Made by a program: the position numbers and the translations under genes. The notes beneath the pieces are model-generated. The model was not told the origin of the DNA. It saw only the letters and a list, made by a program, of their open reading frames with translations, and did not search any database. Below, piece after piece: positions 34,979 to 45,047 of a stretch of 64,000 bases of DNA. This DNA comes from Kiritimatiellia bacterium (GTDB lineage: Bacteria; Verrucomicrobiota; Kiritimatiellia; RFP12; UBA1067), in contig JAILJX010000099.1 of the NCBI GenBank assembly GCA_024694365.1, forward strand, positions 6,250 through 70,249, in the 5' to 3' direction. Each line of letters begins with the position of its first letter. The first letter of the stretch is position 1.

Positions 34979-36298
34979 TTATGAGTTAATGTTTACAATT
35001 CGCGGTGGTTTGCCGCCTGCATTAACCCACAGTTCGTCCACCTGCCGCACTGTTAAATTAAGCTGTTCAGAATTACTAACAATCGCTTGGAACCGGCTTC
35101 TTATCAAATTCTTCTCGGCATCGCCTATCCGGCCATTAGCGACAACTCTTATCTCTAATATGTTTTTATCTGCGTCGACTGCTATTTGAGACGCGATTAC
35201 AGCGGGAACCTGTTTTACGCAATCGCCGACCAATGCGCCAAAGAAGCTTACGCCGCAAGAGAATTTCAGCATTTCACTGGGCCGTCCCATCACATCTTTT
35301 ATAGTCAGCACAGAATTTTCATCGAACGAACCATACGGCCCCCTAAGCTCAAGATAATCTCCAATATCATATCTAATGATTGGCACATAGCACTCGACCA
35401 ACCTGGTCACAATATTCTTCGCACAACCATTCTTATCTTCTGCACACTGTAGCAAATGCGTATGCCAGAATGTATGGTAGAGCCCATCGCTGGGTTGCGT
35501 ATATGCCATTACCCCACACTCCACACTGCCATACTCCATACACACAGGTGCGTCAAAAAATTCGGATATCTCGACCTTTTCAGAAGCGCTCAACGGGCCT
35601 GCAGTGCAAACGACAGCTTTTAACGCCTTGTATTCTCCCTTGTGGACCGCATTTTGCCTAACGAACGCTAGTATCGCAGGAGAAAATCCAATTACACAAG
35701 CTGGCTGCTGTCTACTAAATCTAGCATAAGCCTCCGTCATTCGCTCAAATCCAAGGTCATAAGCTGATTCCCGGCACCAGTTAGACAACCAATCCTTAAC
35801 ATGCCTTTTCAATATGTTAAACCGCCGCCTTAATCCATAGCCGTATAAGTGCTCGTGGCCCCACAACAAGAATACCCGATCCCCAGGATTCACCCCATAG
35901 GCGCGACGTCCTACCGTCTGTGACACTCCAGTGCTCCAATCAGGCCAACTTGGGAGGCGCACCGGAACGCCCGTACTGCCAGCAGTTATGATATAACTAT
36001 GTGGCAAAACCGCATCTTTTCTTTCAAACTCACCTAAGTTGCGCAAATCCGATTTATCCAAAATGGGCCAGTCTCTTAGTTCTGACAATGAACGAATTGC
36101 ATCAGGCAAGCGAAATTTCCGTTGCCACCTCTGGTAAAACGGCACGCTATTTCTTGCGCAATTCCATATCACGTTAAAGCGCTCAACCTGATAAGCTTCT
36201 ATCTGCTCACGCGTAACATGAGATTTCATCAAAGTCTCAACCTGCTGGGCTGCAGCCAGCCGTTTCCTAATCAAAAACCTGTAAAATAGTTCTCGCAT
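34979..36298 (-). CDS. CapK / phenylacetate-CoA ligase-like adenylate-forming enzyme
   Basis: Architecture and motifs of the PaaK/F390-synthetase family (YIITAGSTGVPVRLP, AVVCTAGPLS), 439 aa, in a capsule-type locus. Confidence 0.7.
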   Translation of the reverse strand: MRELFYRFLIRKRLAAAQQVETLMKSHVTREQIEAYQVERFNVIWNCARNSVPFYQRWQRKFRLPDAIRSLSELRDWPILDKSDLRNLGEFERKDAVLPHSYIITAGSTGVPVRLPSWPDWSTGVSQTVGRRAYGVNPGDRVFLLWGHEHLYGYGLRRRFNILKRHVKDWLSNWCRESAYDLGFERMTEAYARFSRQQPACVIGFSPAILAFVRQNAVHKGEYKALKAVVCTAGPLSASEKVEISEFFDAPVCMEYGSVECGVMAYTQPSDGLYHTFWHTHLLQCAEDKNGCAKNIVTRLVECYVPIIRYDIGDYLELRGPYGSFDENSVLTIKDVMGRPSEMLKFSCGVSFFGALVGDCVKQVPAVIASQIAVDADKNILEIRVVANGRIGDAEKNLIRSRFQAIVSNSEQLNLTVRQVDELWVNAGGKPPRIVNINS

Positions 36299-36349
36299 TT
36301 CCAGACCCTTTAAATTTTAGCAACAATATTTCCTCTTTAAGTGAGGCTC

Positions 36350-37570
36350 TTACCTGGGGGAGAACCTGGACACATCGCGTCTTCCACCTCTAAGGCATTT
36401 CCGTAGGATCTTCTTAATCACGATAACACATGCTAGGACTTTCACCCTGAGAGCAATTTTTTTTCTCCTAATATACGGGCGCATTTCCCGCGCATATTCA
36501 TCACCGTGCAATAGACATCGATAATATTCTGCAAGATATTCATGTTTATGGCGCTTGAAATACTGTACATCAAATATTGTCCCGTATTGGTCCAGAACAC
36601 CTGTGCACCACAATTCCAACATCGTTCTCATGCATTTGGCGCAGAGGTATGAACAATTCCTACCTGTAGCATTAATGTTCCAGCACACATTGAGAAATCT
36701 TTTAGATAAGGGGTACTTAACTAGTGCAACGATTTTTTCTATCCTAGGCCGATCAACACCATCGATCGCGACTGTTATGTACGAAAGACTACAAAACGCA
36801 AACAATACCCATTCATAATGCGCTGGATCCGACAATAGTCCACCGCTCATATCAAAACCTGCAATATCATACCCTGATGCGACATAATACCGGCTCCACA
36901 ATTTCTGCAGCGCAAAAATAAAGAACAAGTTTCCATAGGATATCCTACCATCAAATCTCAGATCTTCAAAGCAGCCCCTATCATAATTAGAATCACCCAC
37001 AACAAGCTCCACTCCGACTTCGCTACTAAACTCTCGTGCTTGTCTAAGAAGGTTCGCCCATCCGATATTCCTTGTATCATTCGTCTCATCATGGGTGATT
37101 CCGTGCACATTCCAAACACACCCATGCGTGATGGCTGGATGCGCAGCATACACGTGCATAGAATCTACGCCACACGAGCAACCCGTACCGATTGCGTTAC
37201 CGCCGTCAGGATGTTCGATCTCTGGGGCAAGTGGTGCGTAAATCTTTACATGCCATCCACCATTTCCATTTTTGTTATCACTACGTGTAAGCCCATTCAA
37301 CTTTGCAAAGGCTGGCAAGAACTGCTCAGTTAATTGCAAGTACAGGCGACTTGTCATCGGAGCCTCGGAAGTGATATCATGGCCATACTGCATCGCAAAA
37401 TGCAAAAGTCCCAGTATAAAAGCATCCGAGCGTTCATAGCAAAGGAACTGTGCATACCGCTTATCAACATCCACATAGAGCAACCGCTCTGCTCCATCCA
37501 CTACAATGTGAGCCGAAAGGCGGGCTTTGCCCCCGTCTACTGTTGTTGATGGTTGTTTGATAAAAATCAT
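36350..37570 (-). CDS. hypothetical protein (406 aa), possible PP-loop-like motif
   Basis: ATG 37570 (MIFIKQPS). GTGCSCGVDSMHVY weakly resembles the SGGxDS PP-loop. Cys-rich C-terminus (CSYLCAKCM). No family recognised. Confidence 0.55.
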   Translation of the reverse strand: MIFIKQPSTTVDGGKARLSAHIVVDGAERLLYVDVDKRYAQFLCYERSDAFILGLLHFAMQYGHDITSEAPMTSRLYLQLTEQFLPAFAKLNGLTRSDNKNGNGGWHVKIYAPLAPEIEHPDGGNAIGTGCSCGVDSMHVYAAHPAITHGCVWNVHGITHDETNDTRNIGWANLLRQAREFSSEVGVELVVGDSNYDRGCFEDLRFDGRISYGNLFFIFALQKLWSRYYVASGYDIAGFDMSGGLLSDPAHYEWVLFAFCSLSYITVAIDGVDRPRIEKIVALVKYPLSKRFLNVCWNINATGRNCSYLCAKCMRTMLELWCTGVLDQYGTIFDVQYFKRHKHEYLAEYYRCLLHGDEYAREMRPYIRRKKIALRVKVLACVIVIKKILRKCLRGGRRDVSRFSPR

Positions 37571-37584
37571 CTCTTGCTCTTTCT

Positions 37585-38247
37585 TTAGGCCACAAAGTGT
37601 TTCTCTCTGTGGAAATACGGAATCGACTCTATATTCAACCGCTTCACTATCTTGGCTGGAGCCCCTGCGTATACGCACCCCGATTCTGAATTCTTTCGTG
37701 TCAATACACTACCTGCTCCCAATACCGAGTAATCAGGCAGCAGACTCCCAGGTAGTAAAATGCTACCAGTGCCTACGAAACAGTACTTCCCCACCTTTAC
37801 AGGTTTAACAGTCTGCCTATTTTCATAAATATCTATTGTGTGTGTCAAAACCTGAGTGCGTATCCCGGCTATAGTGGAAAAATCGCCTATGTAAACCCCG
37901 CCATTACAGTCAATGTAGTGCCTTGATGTGATGCCTGCACTACGTCCTAATATCAATTCACATCTCCTATCTAGTATGTGTTTGTACCAACGCTTGTCTG
38001 TAGTCGGAAATCCCGTAATATAAGTTAACGATGCTATCCCTGAATCCTCACCCATGTCAAGCAAATCTATACCCCTACATATAACTCCACTGTGAATCCG
38101 ACTTCCCCGGTTCATTTTCAATGTCTGCGGACATATTATAGATCGTCCTATGAAAGCTGTCTCGTCAATCTCGTACCCAAACCGCCAAATTAGCAGCCGC
38201 CTACGAACAGCCCATGGCAATAAAATGATTAACAATTGGAATAACAT
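37585..38247 (-). CDS. hexapeptide-repeat (left-handed beta-helix) acyl/acetyltransferase
   Basis: Imperfect hexapeptide repeats ...IGDFSTIAGIRTQVLTH...VGKYCFVGTGSILLPGSLLPDYSVLGAGSVL.... ATG 38247 avoids a 38-nt overlap. Confidence 0.8.
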   Translation of the reverse strand: MLFQLLIILLPWAVRRRLLIWRFGYEIDETAFIGRSIICPQTLKMNRGSRIHSGVICRGIDLLDMGEDSGIASLTYITGFPTTDKRWYKHILDRRCELILGRSAGITSRHYIDCNGGVYIGDFSTIAGIRTQVLTHTIDIYENRQTVKPVKVGKYCFVGTGSILLPGSLLPDYSVLGAGSVLTRKNSESGCVYAGAPAKIVKRLNIESIPYFHREKHFVA

Positions 38248-38251
38248 AACA

Positions 38252-39385
38252 TCACCAGTAAAAGGTCCTAAAATGACGAAACCTGCCAAGATTTCGATGC
38301 GATTTGCAATAACCTATCACCGCATCCGTGTATTTATGGAACAACGGCACACCATCATACTGCAACTGCGTAATACCCTGTCCTGCGGTATTTATCTCAA
38401 GGCATATCACATTACCCGAAGGCTCTGCAACCATATCAAAACTTAGTATATTCATATATGGAATGCGGCGCGCTATATCACACGCCAGAGCTTCCATGCT
38501 AGGGAAAAGCTCTAACTTACGTCCTGAAAACATCAAACTGGTGACGGGGTGTTTATCATACCGCTTTCCATCATAATCATAAGCATACTTAGTCAGCTCA
38601 CCGCTACCCCCAATTCCAAGACACAATCCTCCCAGCATCATATTGTCACAGAAACTGCTCCGAGTTCCCATTCGGAGCATAGCCTTAAGCGGTACAACAA
38701 GGCCATTCCAAGGACATCGTAATGTCATAATGCGACATGTGTTAATCGAGCCCGGATTAAACACAGCGGTTTGCATATGTTGTTTGACCTTGAGTTGCAC
38801 AATTAGCGGTACACTTCCGTATTTTCTCAAATCCGATGTTGACAAAGGTCCATCTTTCGACCGATTCCACAACAAAACGCCATTTCCTCCCGACGAATCT
38901 GTACTCGGCTTCACAACAAGCTCTTCTGCATCATCCAGCCGTCGTTGTGCAGCAGTATCTGAAAGCCAAGCAAGATTCTCGTCAAAGAATTCACCTCTTA
39001 TATATCTCAACACCACAGGCGGGGTGTGCTCCCTCGGAACAAAATCTTCTAGCCTGTTTTTATCTGCAATAGATGAAGCGAACTCAAGGTCATTAAGGAT
39101 CGGCTCTATGTAAGGGAAGTAAACATTCTCTGGGACATATCTATAGTCTTCTACGCCTGAAAGTTTGCTGTGCATTACAAACCAGGACGGATCCACCCTT
39201 CCATAATGTTTTACTTGAGACCATAGTGCTTTATGCGCGCCTATCTGAGTCAATCCTGTCGTTTCAAACAACTCGGGATGCTTAACCCTAACACGATGGT
39301 TTTTTCGCACAAACTGAAGGTCTTGATACCGAAGCAGTACCGGCCTGAGCCCCTGATTGATTAGATTTTGAAATCGCATATTCAC
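38252..39385 (-). CDS. ATP-grasp protein, TupA-like (sugar-decoration associated)
   Basis: ELVVKPSTDSSGGNGVLLW..., NILSFDMVAEPSGNVICLEINT fits the TupA-like ATP-grasp pattern found in teichuronopeptide/capsule loci. Confidence 0.7.
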   Translation of the reverse strand: MNMRFQNLINQGLRPVLLRYQDLQFVRKNHRVRVKHPELFETTGLTQIGAHKALWSQVKHYGRVDPSWFVMHSKLSGVEDYRYVPENVYFPYIEPILNDLEFASSIADKNRLEDFVPREHTPPVVLRYIRGEFFDENLAWLSDTAAQRRLDDAEELVVKPSTDSSGGNGVLLWNRSKDGPLSTSDLRKYGSVPLIVQLKVKQHMQTAVFNPGSINTCRIMTLRCPWNGLVVPLKAMLRMGTRSSFCDNMMLGGLCLGIGGSGELTKYAYDYDGKRYDKHPVTSLMFSGRKLELFPSMEALACDIARRIPYMNILSFDMVAEPSGNVICLEINTAGQGITQLQYDGVPLFHKYTDAVIGYCKSHRNLGRFRHFRTFYW

Positions 39386-40248
39386 TCCTGAACTATTGAG
39401 AACACTGAGAAAAGATTCCTTCCTTGGAACCTACGCGAATCGATAAGTGAACGCCAAACGGCCCCTGTTATGAGTTTATACATCTTCAAACGGAGAATTC
39501 TCACAAACTGGCCAAGCCGTGAGTAAGTTTTTCTTCGGAATATTTTAGAATCTTCTTCAAGAAAAGCGGGGGCCTTTCCGCCGAAATAAGCATGGGAGGT
39601 CTTTGATCCTTCATGAATTCTAAACCCCCAGAAATATCGCTTTTGGTGTACTAAATGCATTCCTGCGGCAAAGAACTTATTCCACAAGTCACAATCCATC
39701 GTAAATCTCAGCGCCTCATTAAAGCCACCTACATTTCGAAGTCTAGTCAAACTAAAAAATGAGCTTGGCCCTCCAATAACCGTCGGATCAACCCATTTAT
39801 GCATACAATCAGTTATTCCCGTTCCTATCCTAGCTCTAATTATATTCAGTTCGTTGTTGAAATAAACCGTACCACCTGTTATCCATTCTACATCGGGGTT
39901 AGTACTCACTTGATCTATTACCGACTTCAACGTTCCCGGAAGCAATACATCATCCGCATTTACCCAACAACCCAAAAGTCCTTTCGCATGAGCGAAGCCT
40001 TTATTAAATGCATCACTTTGACCATGATCTCTTTCGCTTACCCACCAAGCAATCTTGTCGGCAAACTGCTTTATGATGTCAACCGATCCATCTGTCGATC
40101 CGCCATCCACAACAATAAGCTCACATTGTGAAAAGCCTTCCTGTTCGACAACCGATTTTATGGCAGTGCCTAGTGAACCTACATAATTATAATTTGCAAT
40201 CACTATCGATATGATTGGCCAAACATCTTTCTTTGTTTTCAACCTCAC
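39382..40248 (-). CDS. glycosyltransferase family 2
   Basis: IISIVIANYNYVGSLGTAIKSVVEQ...LIVVDGGSTDGS...GQSDAFNKGFAHAKGLLGCWVNADD. Confidence 0.85.
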   Translation of the reverse strand: MRLKTKKDVWPIISIVIANYNYVGSLGTAIKSVVEQEGFSQCELIVVDGGSTDGSVDIIKQFADKIAWWVSERDHGQSDAFNKGFAHAKGLLGCWVNADDVLLPGTLKSVIDQVSTNPDVEWITGGTVYFNNELNIIRARIGTGITDCMHKWVDPTVIGGPSSFFSLTRLRNVGGFNEALRFTMDCDLWNKFFAAGMHLVHQKRYFWGFRIHEGSKTSHAYFGGKAPAFLEEDSKIFRRKTYSRLGQFVRILRLKMYKLITGAVWRSLIDSRRFQGRNLFSVFSIVQE

Positions 40249-41566
40249 GCACCTCCTTTAGCATATTATGCGGCAGTCTGATTTTCTTTTGCCGAACCGA
40301 ACGCGCCATCAAACACGCAACAATCACTAGCGAAAAACCAAACCTATCCGCAAACGGACTAAAAAATATATCCCACATTCTTGCCACCATCCCGCATGCC
40401 AACCAATAATACCACTGCGGTATGGCTGCAATATCATCTTTTATAAATCTTATTAGAACAAATAGGGCATAGATAACGAAAATCAATCCAGCTATCCCAT
40501 ACCAACACCAGAATTCAGTCAACACCGAATGCACTGGTATCAATCTTGCATTAATAACATGACCATATCTCAAAGCACGAGACAAATTCGCGTTATACGC
40601 GTCAAAATCCTCCTGGGCGCCATATTTTGACAAGAATTCACCGTAATAACCCTCTGTGTCTAACGCCCACGGACCCCATCCAACTATCGGCTTATCGATG
40701 CACGCAACCAATCCCACAAAAGAGTCTATCCGACCTCCTAGCAGCAACGCCTTAACGCTCTCATCCCCATGTGTCTGGCGCTCATATTTTAATCTTGCCT
40801 CATCTCCTAACCAACCTCTTGATGCAGCTTCTTGGTATACCAGCTTTACACACACTAGACCAACCAGTCCAGCGGCAACGAGCCACCAAAAACGTTTTGA
40901 TATTCTTTTCATCGTTGCTATCCGCTTCCCGCCCAGCAAGGCTAGCGCAAAGCAGCCCAAATACCCCAAAGCAGCAGATCGACCACTGACGGAAAACAGA
41001 ATCCCATACAATGCAAAAAGAAGTGGGATAGCCAATGTCAGCGGCGAGGGGAACTGCAAGTACCATCCTTTCGGTAACATGTCTATTAAGCCGGAGAAGT
41101 GGCTTAGCCAGAACAATCCACCGTGTCCAGTTTTATTAATTCCAGATGTAACTTCTTCGTTTAAACTGTACGCATTCCTAAATATAAAGATATTAACCAC
41201 CATTCCAATGGCAATACCAACGAACATCCACCGAACAGAAGGCATGTCAGTCCTCAGCAAACGATGTGCTACAACAAGAGAGCAAGAAATTAACGAGCAG
41301 ACAGCCAGACCTCTTAAACTAAATTCTACAGGGCTCCTATTGACTACGCAAGCAACTCCGCAGCCAACAACAAGTATAATCGACAACCAAAAAGCCCTAT
41401 GCGCACCTGTCCTACGCATAAAATCATATTCAGAGAACACACAAATAGGAGCTGTCAGTAAAATTAGCAGCTCTAATATGCTCAAACTCGCCAGTATCTG
41501 CAGGCAAGAAGTCAAGCCCACTATAAACCAGACGACAGCCCCCTTATGCATGAGACCACCTCTCAT
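40187..41566 (-). CDS. wzy: O-antigen polymerase/ligase-like polytopic membrane protein
   Basis: About 10-12 hydrophobic segments with a large periplasmic-type loop, located between GT genes and next to a Wzx flippase. The sequence itself is poorly conserved, as is usual for Wzy. Confidence 0.65.
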   Translation of the reverse strand: MRGGLMHKGAVVWFIVGLTSCLQILASLSILELLILLTAPICVFSEYDFMRRTGAHRAFWLSIILVVGCGVACVVNRSPVEFSLRGLAVCSLISCSLVVAHRLLRTDMPSVRWMFVGIAIGMVVNIFIFRNAYSLNEEVTSGINKTGHGGLFWLSHFSGLIDMLPKGWYLQFPSPLTLAIPLLFALYGILFSVSGRSAALGYLGCFALALLGGKRIATMKRISKRFWWLVAAGLVGLVCVKLVYQEAASRGWLGDEARLKYERQTHGDESVKALLLGGRIDSFVGLVACIDKPIVGWGPWALDTEGYYGEFLSKYGAQEDFDAYNANLSRALRYGHVINARLIPVHSVLTEFWCWYGIAGLIFVIYALFVLIRFIKDDIAAIPQWYYWLACGMVARMWDIFFSPFADRFGFSLVIVACLMARSVRQKKIRLPHNMLKEVREVENKERCLANHIDSDCKL

Positions 41567-42530
41567 TCAAGCGAGACATTTCACTGAAAGTAAACCCCTT
41601 TGCGTTAATACATTTTCGCAAAATCCACCGGCTGTCGCAAAACACATGTATCAACAACTTAAAACAAAGAAAAAGAAGTCGCTTCCACAAATATTCAAAT
41701 CGAGACAAATACGCCGCTTTCAAATCCAATCCTAGAGCGAGTTGTGCACAGCGGTACCACATCTCAACAACATCTGATATCAGCTTTATTCTAGAAGCCC
41801 TATTCCATGGCGCATCTGACACATAGTGCACCAAACCACCATTTGTAAAATTTACTTTCGTGTGATATAAACTAAAGACTCCCCAGTTAGCCGGTAGCGG
41901 CGCCGTCTTATCTCGACAAATGTAGCTCATAACCATTTGCTCTGGGCACGGAGGATCTGGATACTTCGACAGAAATTTCTTAGCCTTAGCAGTAAAATTT
42001 TCGCGACGGAGAAGACGAAGATTGAGCAACATCAAACCTGCACAGTACGATTTATCAGCCGGGAGTCTGAGCCCTCTACTCCGAAACCACGCGGTAGTTG
42101 CGAGCATGCTACCATCTAAAGGCTCAGGATCAATACTAGCCAGAAAAAATAAGTCATCATTACGCAATTTCATCAACTCGAATGGGCTACCAAGCCATAA
42201 AGTGTCACCGTCAAGCGAAACCGCCCAGTCCTCTGTCGGTATCAAGTCTTGTATGACCAGTCGTGCATATATTACTCGATTGCCATGCCACTCTGGATAT
42301 TGATCAAATTCATGCGTTTGCCACTTGTGCCGTACAACCGAAACGAAATTGTTCAGATTTTCTAGGGCCGACTCGAAATTGCTAAATGTCTCATCAGATA
42401 CATTCGCATCAATAAGATGAACAACAATATTGTGCTCGCAATCAGCATAGACCGCCGCACTCGCAGCCGAAACAAGTGTCGGAGTCATGTACCTCTCATC
42501 AGAGCAATAAACAATATGAACTCTATGCAC
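41544..42530 (-). CDS. glycosyltransferase family 8
   Basis: MHRVHIVYCSDERYMTPTLVSAASA... and SLDGDTLWL (DxD) are typical of GT8 (RfaI/J-like). Confidence 0.8.
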   Translation of the reverse strand: MHRVHIVYCSDERYMTPTLVSAASAAVYADCEHNIVVHLIDANVSDETFSNFESALENLNNFVSVVRHKWQTHEFDQYPEWHGNRVIYARLVIQDLIPTEDWAVSLDGDTLWLGSPFELMKLRNDDLFFLASIDPEPLDGSMLATTAWFRSRGLRLPADKSYCAGLMLLNLRLLRRENFTAKAKKFLSKYPDPPCPEQMVMSYICRDKTAPLPANWGVFSLYHTKVNFTNGGLVHYVSDAPWNRASRIKLISDVVEMWYRCAQLALGLDLKAAYLSRFEYLWKRLLFLCFKLLIHVFCDSRWILRKCINAKGFTFSEMSRLNERWSHA

Positions 42531-43565
42531 TTAAATACACCTTTTTGCAAGTTTCATGATGATGTTTGGCAAGTCCTCTGTTCGCAGGAGATAGCAAAAT
42601 CGAATAAAGGGCCATGTTACTTTATTTACAGCCCACGGTTGGCAGACATGATATACGGCGTAGTTGCTCCCAACGGGGATTTTTTTTATGCTATTCACAC
42701 GCACCAATTCATCTTTTAACAATCTCCTAATGGCATAGCCCTCCGGGTCCTTCGCCCCATCTAAGTGCGCAAGACACTCAGCCATTGCTTTGATATATTT
42801 TACCATGACATCATACAAAAGAACCTCTTTCCCTTGTTTGGAAAAAAATAATATCTGATTCCGCTTTGCATCCAACACATCCAATCTGCGCTTACTCCAA
42901 GTTCGTCCTGTAATGCTCTCCGCCCGCTGCAAGTAATAATAACAAGGGGCAGATAATGCGGCTATACGATCTGCGCGGAACAATACTTGATAGGTCGTAT
43001 ACTCATCTTCATGCAATTTTCCAATGGGAAATCTGATCGCAGACCACAATTCTTTACGATATAACTTACCGCAAGAAACAATCGATTCAATCGGATGCGA
43101 CAACCAAAAATCGTCAATCGTCAAAGGATTTGAGGAAAAGGAATCAAACAACTTCGGAGAGTCACCCTCCTTGACATACTGTAATCTCGTACTACCAATA
43201 GGGGTGCTGTACATCCTCATCGACAACAACAACCACTCAAGCGTTCTTGGATGAATTGTATCATCTCCATCCAGGAAATAGATATACTCTATCTTAGCAT
43301 CTTTTTCCACCGCATCCAGACCTGCATTTCTAGCCGAAGACAGGCCGCCATTCTTTTTGTGGAGAACAACTATACGGTCATCAATATTGCACCAATCCTC
43401 GCATATTTTCGCTGAACTATCAAACGATCCATCATCGACTAAAATTATACGAATGGCCTTATACGACTGCGCAACCACAGATTTTATGCATGCGTTTAAA
43501 TACTTCTCTATTTGAAAAACTGGTATAATCACTGCCACCATATCAGCTTCCTTCTCTCGATCCAA
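42531..43565 (-). CDS. glycosyltransferase family 2
   Basis: VAVIIPVFQIEKYLNACIKSVVAQSY...ILVDDGSFDSS...GGLSSARNAGLDAV...FLDGDD. The start could be ATG 43541. Confidence 0.85.
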   Translation of the reverse strand: MDREKEADMVAVIIPVFQIEKYLNACIKSVVAQSYKAIRIILVDDGSFDSSAKICEDWCNIDDRIVVLHKKNGGLSSARNAGLDAVEKDAKIEYIYFLDGDDTIHPRTLEWLLLSMRMYSTPIGSTRLQYVKEGDSPKLFDSFSSNPLTIDDFWLSHPIESIVSCGKLYRKELWSAIRFPIGKLHEDEYTTYQVLFRADRIAALSAPCYYYLQRAESITGRTWSKRRLDVLDAKRNQILFFSKQGKEVLLYDVMVKYIKAMAECLAHLDGAKDPEGYAIRRLLKDELVRVNSIKKIPVGSNYAVYHVCQPWAVNKVTWPFIRFCYLLRTEDLPNIIMKLAKRCI

Positions 43566-45012
43566 TATTCATACCGCAATATTGTCCAATAATCCCTAGA
43601 TATTTAATCGTTATATTATCGCGAACAACAAGCAAAACAAGTAGATAAAGAGGGATTATAAGACCAAGCCGGACAATGACAGAATACACGACTGCATCGA
43701 ACGCAACAAGGCGCGAAACAGGAAAAGCAATCAAATATGCAAAAGATATATATTTCGCAATGTCCAAAACTTGCTTTATATATCCATAATTGAAAAGTCG
43801 TTTGGTTGGAATGAGGTTGATAACAGAGCCAACTATAAAGGCAAGGGCCTGTGCAATTACAACCCCGATAACTCCATGCCGGATACCGCAAGCTATTAAG
43901 CAACAATAGATAACTTTCTTCGGCAATTCTAATTTCAGCGTTATATCAGTACGGCCAAGAGCCTGAAACGACGATAAACTCAGCTGACTTATGGGGAGGA
44001 AAAGCGATCCAAAGAGTAATATTTGAAGAATAGGTGCAGAAGAAGCCCATTTATCAGTCCACAGCAGAACAATAATTTCCTTAGCTGAAAATGTCATATA
44101 GGCAGAAATTGGCGCTACAACTAGTAGCATTAAAAGCATTATCTCACGAAACTTTTCACGAAACACCTCTGTGGAACTTTGATATCGTGACATCACAGGC
44201 AGGGTAACCCTCATAACAAGGCCCGCCGAAGCATCCTTAACACAATTGTTTAAACTTGCTGCTTTTGTATAATACCCAAGTTGTTCTTTCCGAAAGCATT
44301 TACCGATAATGCAAGAATATATTTCGTTAAATATAGCTCCGATCAGATTAGCAGCGAGAAGTTTCGAACCGAACCCCCACAAATAGCCTAACGATTTTCT
44401 AGTAAAACGCCCGCGCGGTCGCCAATCCGAGATAAACCATATCATTAAAGCACCCATTGCTGTTGCTACTAGAGACTGAGCAACAAGTGAATATAGTCCA
44501 AAACCATTATACGCCATCAAAATGGCTACTACTCCACTGGGCAATTGAGTGGACAATGTGATAAAGGCTGACGCCTTAATATCAAGTTTAGCTGCCATTA
44601 ATGTTCGCTGCACAACGCAGAATGAATTGAATAAAAGATTCAAACCCGCCAGACATACGAGCGGGACCAGCACAGGTTCACCATAAAATGCTGCTATGCA
44701 TGGAGACATTAAACACAGCAGCCCGAAAAGCACCCCTCCTGCCAATATATTAAAATAGAAAGCTGTAGTCAAATCATCCTCATCCCGATCCAGTTTGCGA
44801 ATCAAAGCGCTCCCGAAACCAGCATCAACAAAAGTTGCCGCTACGGCAATAAAGATTGTCAAAAGTCCCATTGTGCCGTAATCGGATGGCGACAAAAGTC
44901 TAGCTAAAATTATACCGATAAGAAATCCTGTGGCCTGACTCGAAACCCGCTCCAAAAAGCCCCAAAACACTGCACTCTTTGCCGAGCGTTCTTTTATCGT
45001 AAATATCCCCAT
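43543..45012 (-). CDS. wzx: Wzx-type oligosaccharide flippase (MOP superfamily)
   Basis: 489 aa with about 12-14 TM segments and the N-terminal pattern FWGFLERVSSQATGFLIGIILARLLSPSDYG typical of polysaccharide biosynthesis flippases. Confidence 0.8.
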   Translation of the reverse strand: MGIFTIKERSAKSAVFWGFLERVSSQATGFLIGIILARLLSPSDYGTMGLLTIFIAVAATFVDAGFGSALIRKLDRDEDDLTTAFYFNILAGGVLFGLLCLMSPCIAAFYGEPVLVPLVCLAGLNLLFNSFCVVQRTLMAAKLDIKASAFITLSTQLPSGVVAILMAYNGFGLYSLVAQSLVATAMGALMIWFISDWRPRGRFTRKSLGYLWGFGSKLLAANLIGAIFNEIYSCIIGKCFRKEQLGYYTKAASLNNCVKDASAGLVMRVTLPVMSRYQSSTEVFREKFREIMLLMLLVVAPISAYMTFSAKEIIVLLWTDKWASSAPILQILLFGSLFLPISQLSLSSFQALGRTDITLKLELPKKVIYCCLIACGIRHGVIGVVIAQALAFIVGSVINLIPTKRLFNYGYIKQVLDIAKYISFAYLIAFPVSRLVAFDAVVYSVIVRLGLIIPLYLLVLLVVRDNITIKYLGIIGQYCGMNIGSREGS

Positions 45013-45047
45013 GACATTAAATCACATTCCGAAAAGAACCAGCCAAC

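Noticed and set aside
40656-41735. 359-aa plus-strand ORF antisense to the Wzy-like gene
   Set aside because: The Ser/Thr/Pro-rich translation has no TM pattern, while the minus-strand product is a coherent polytopic membrane protein in the expected context.
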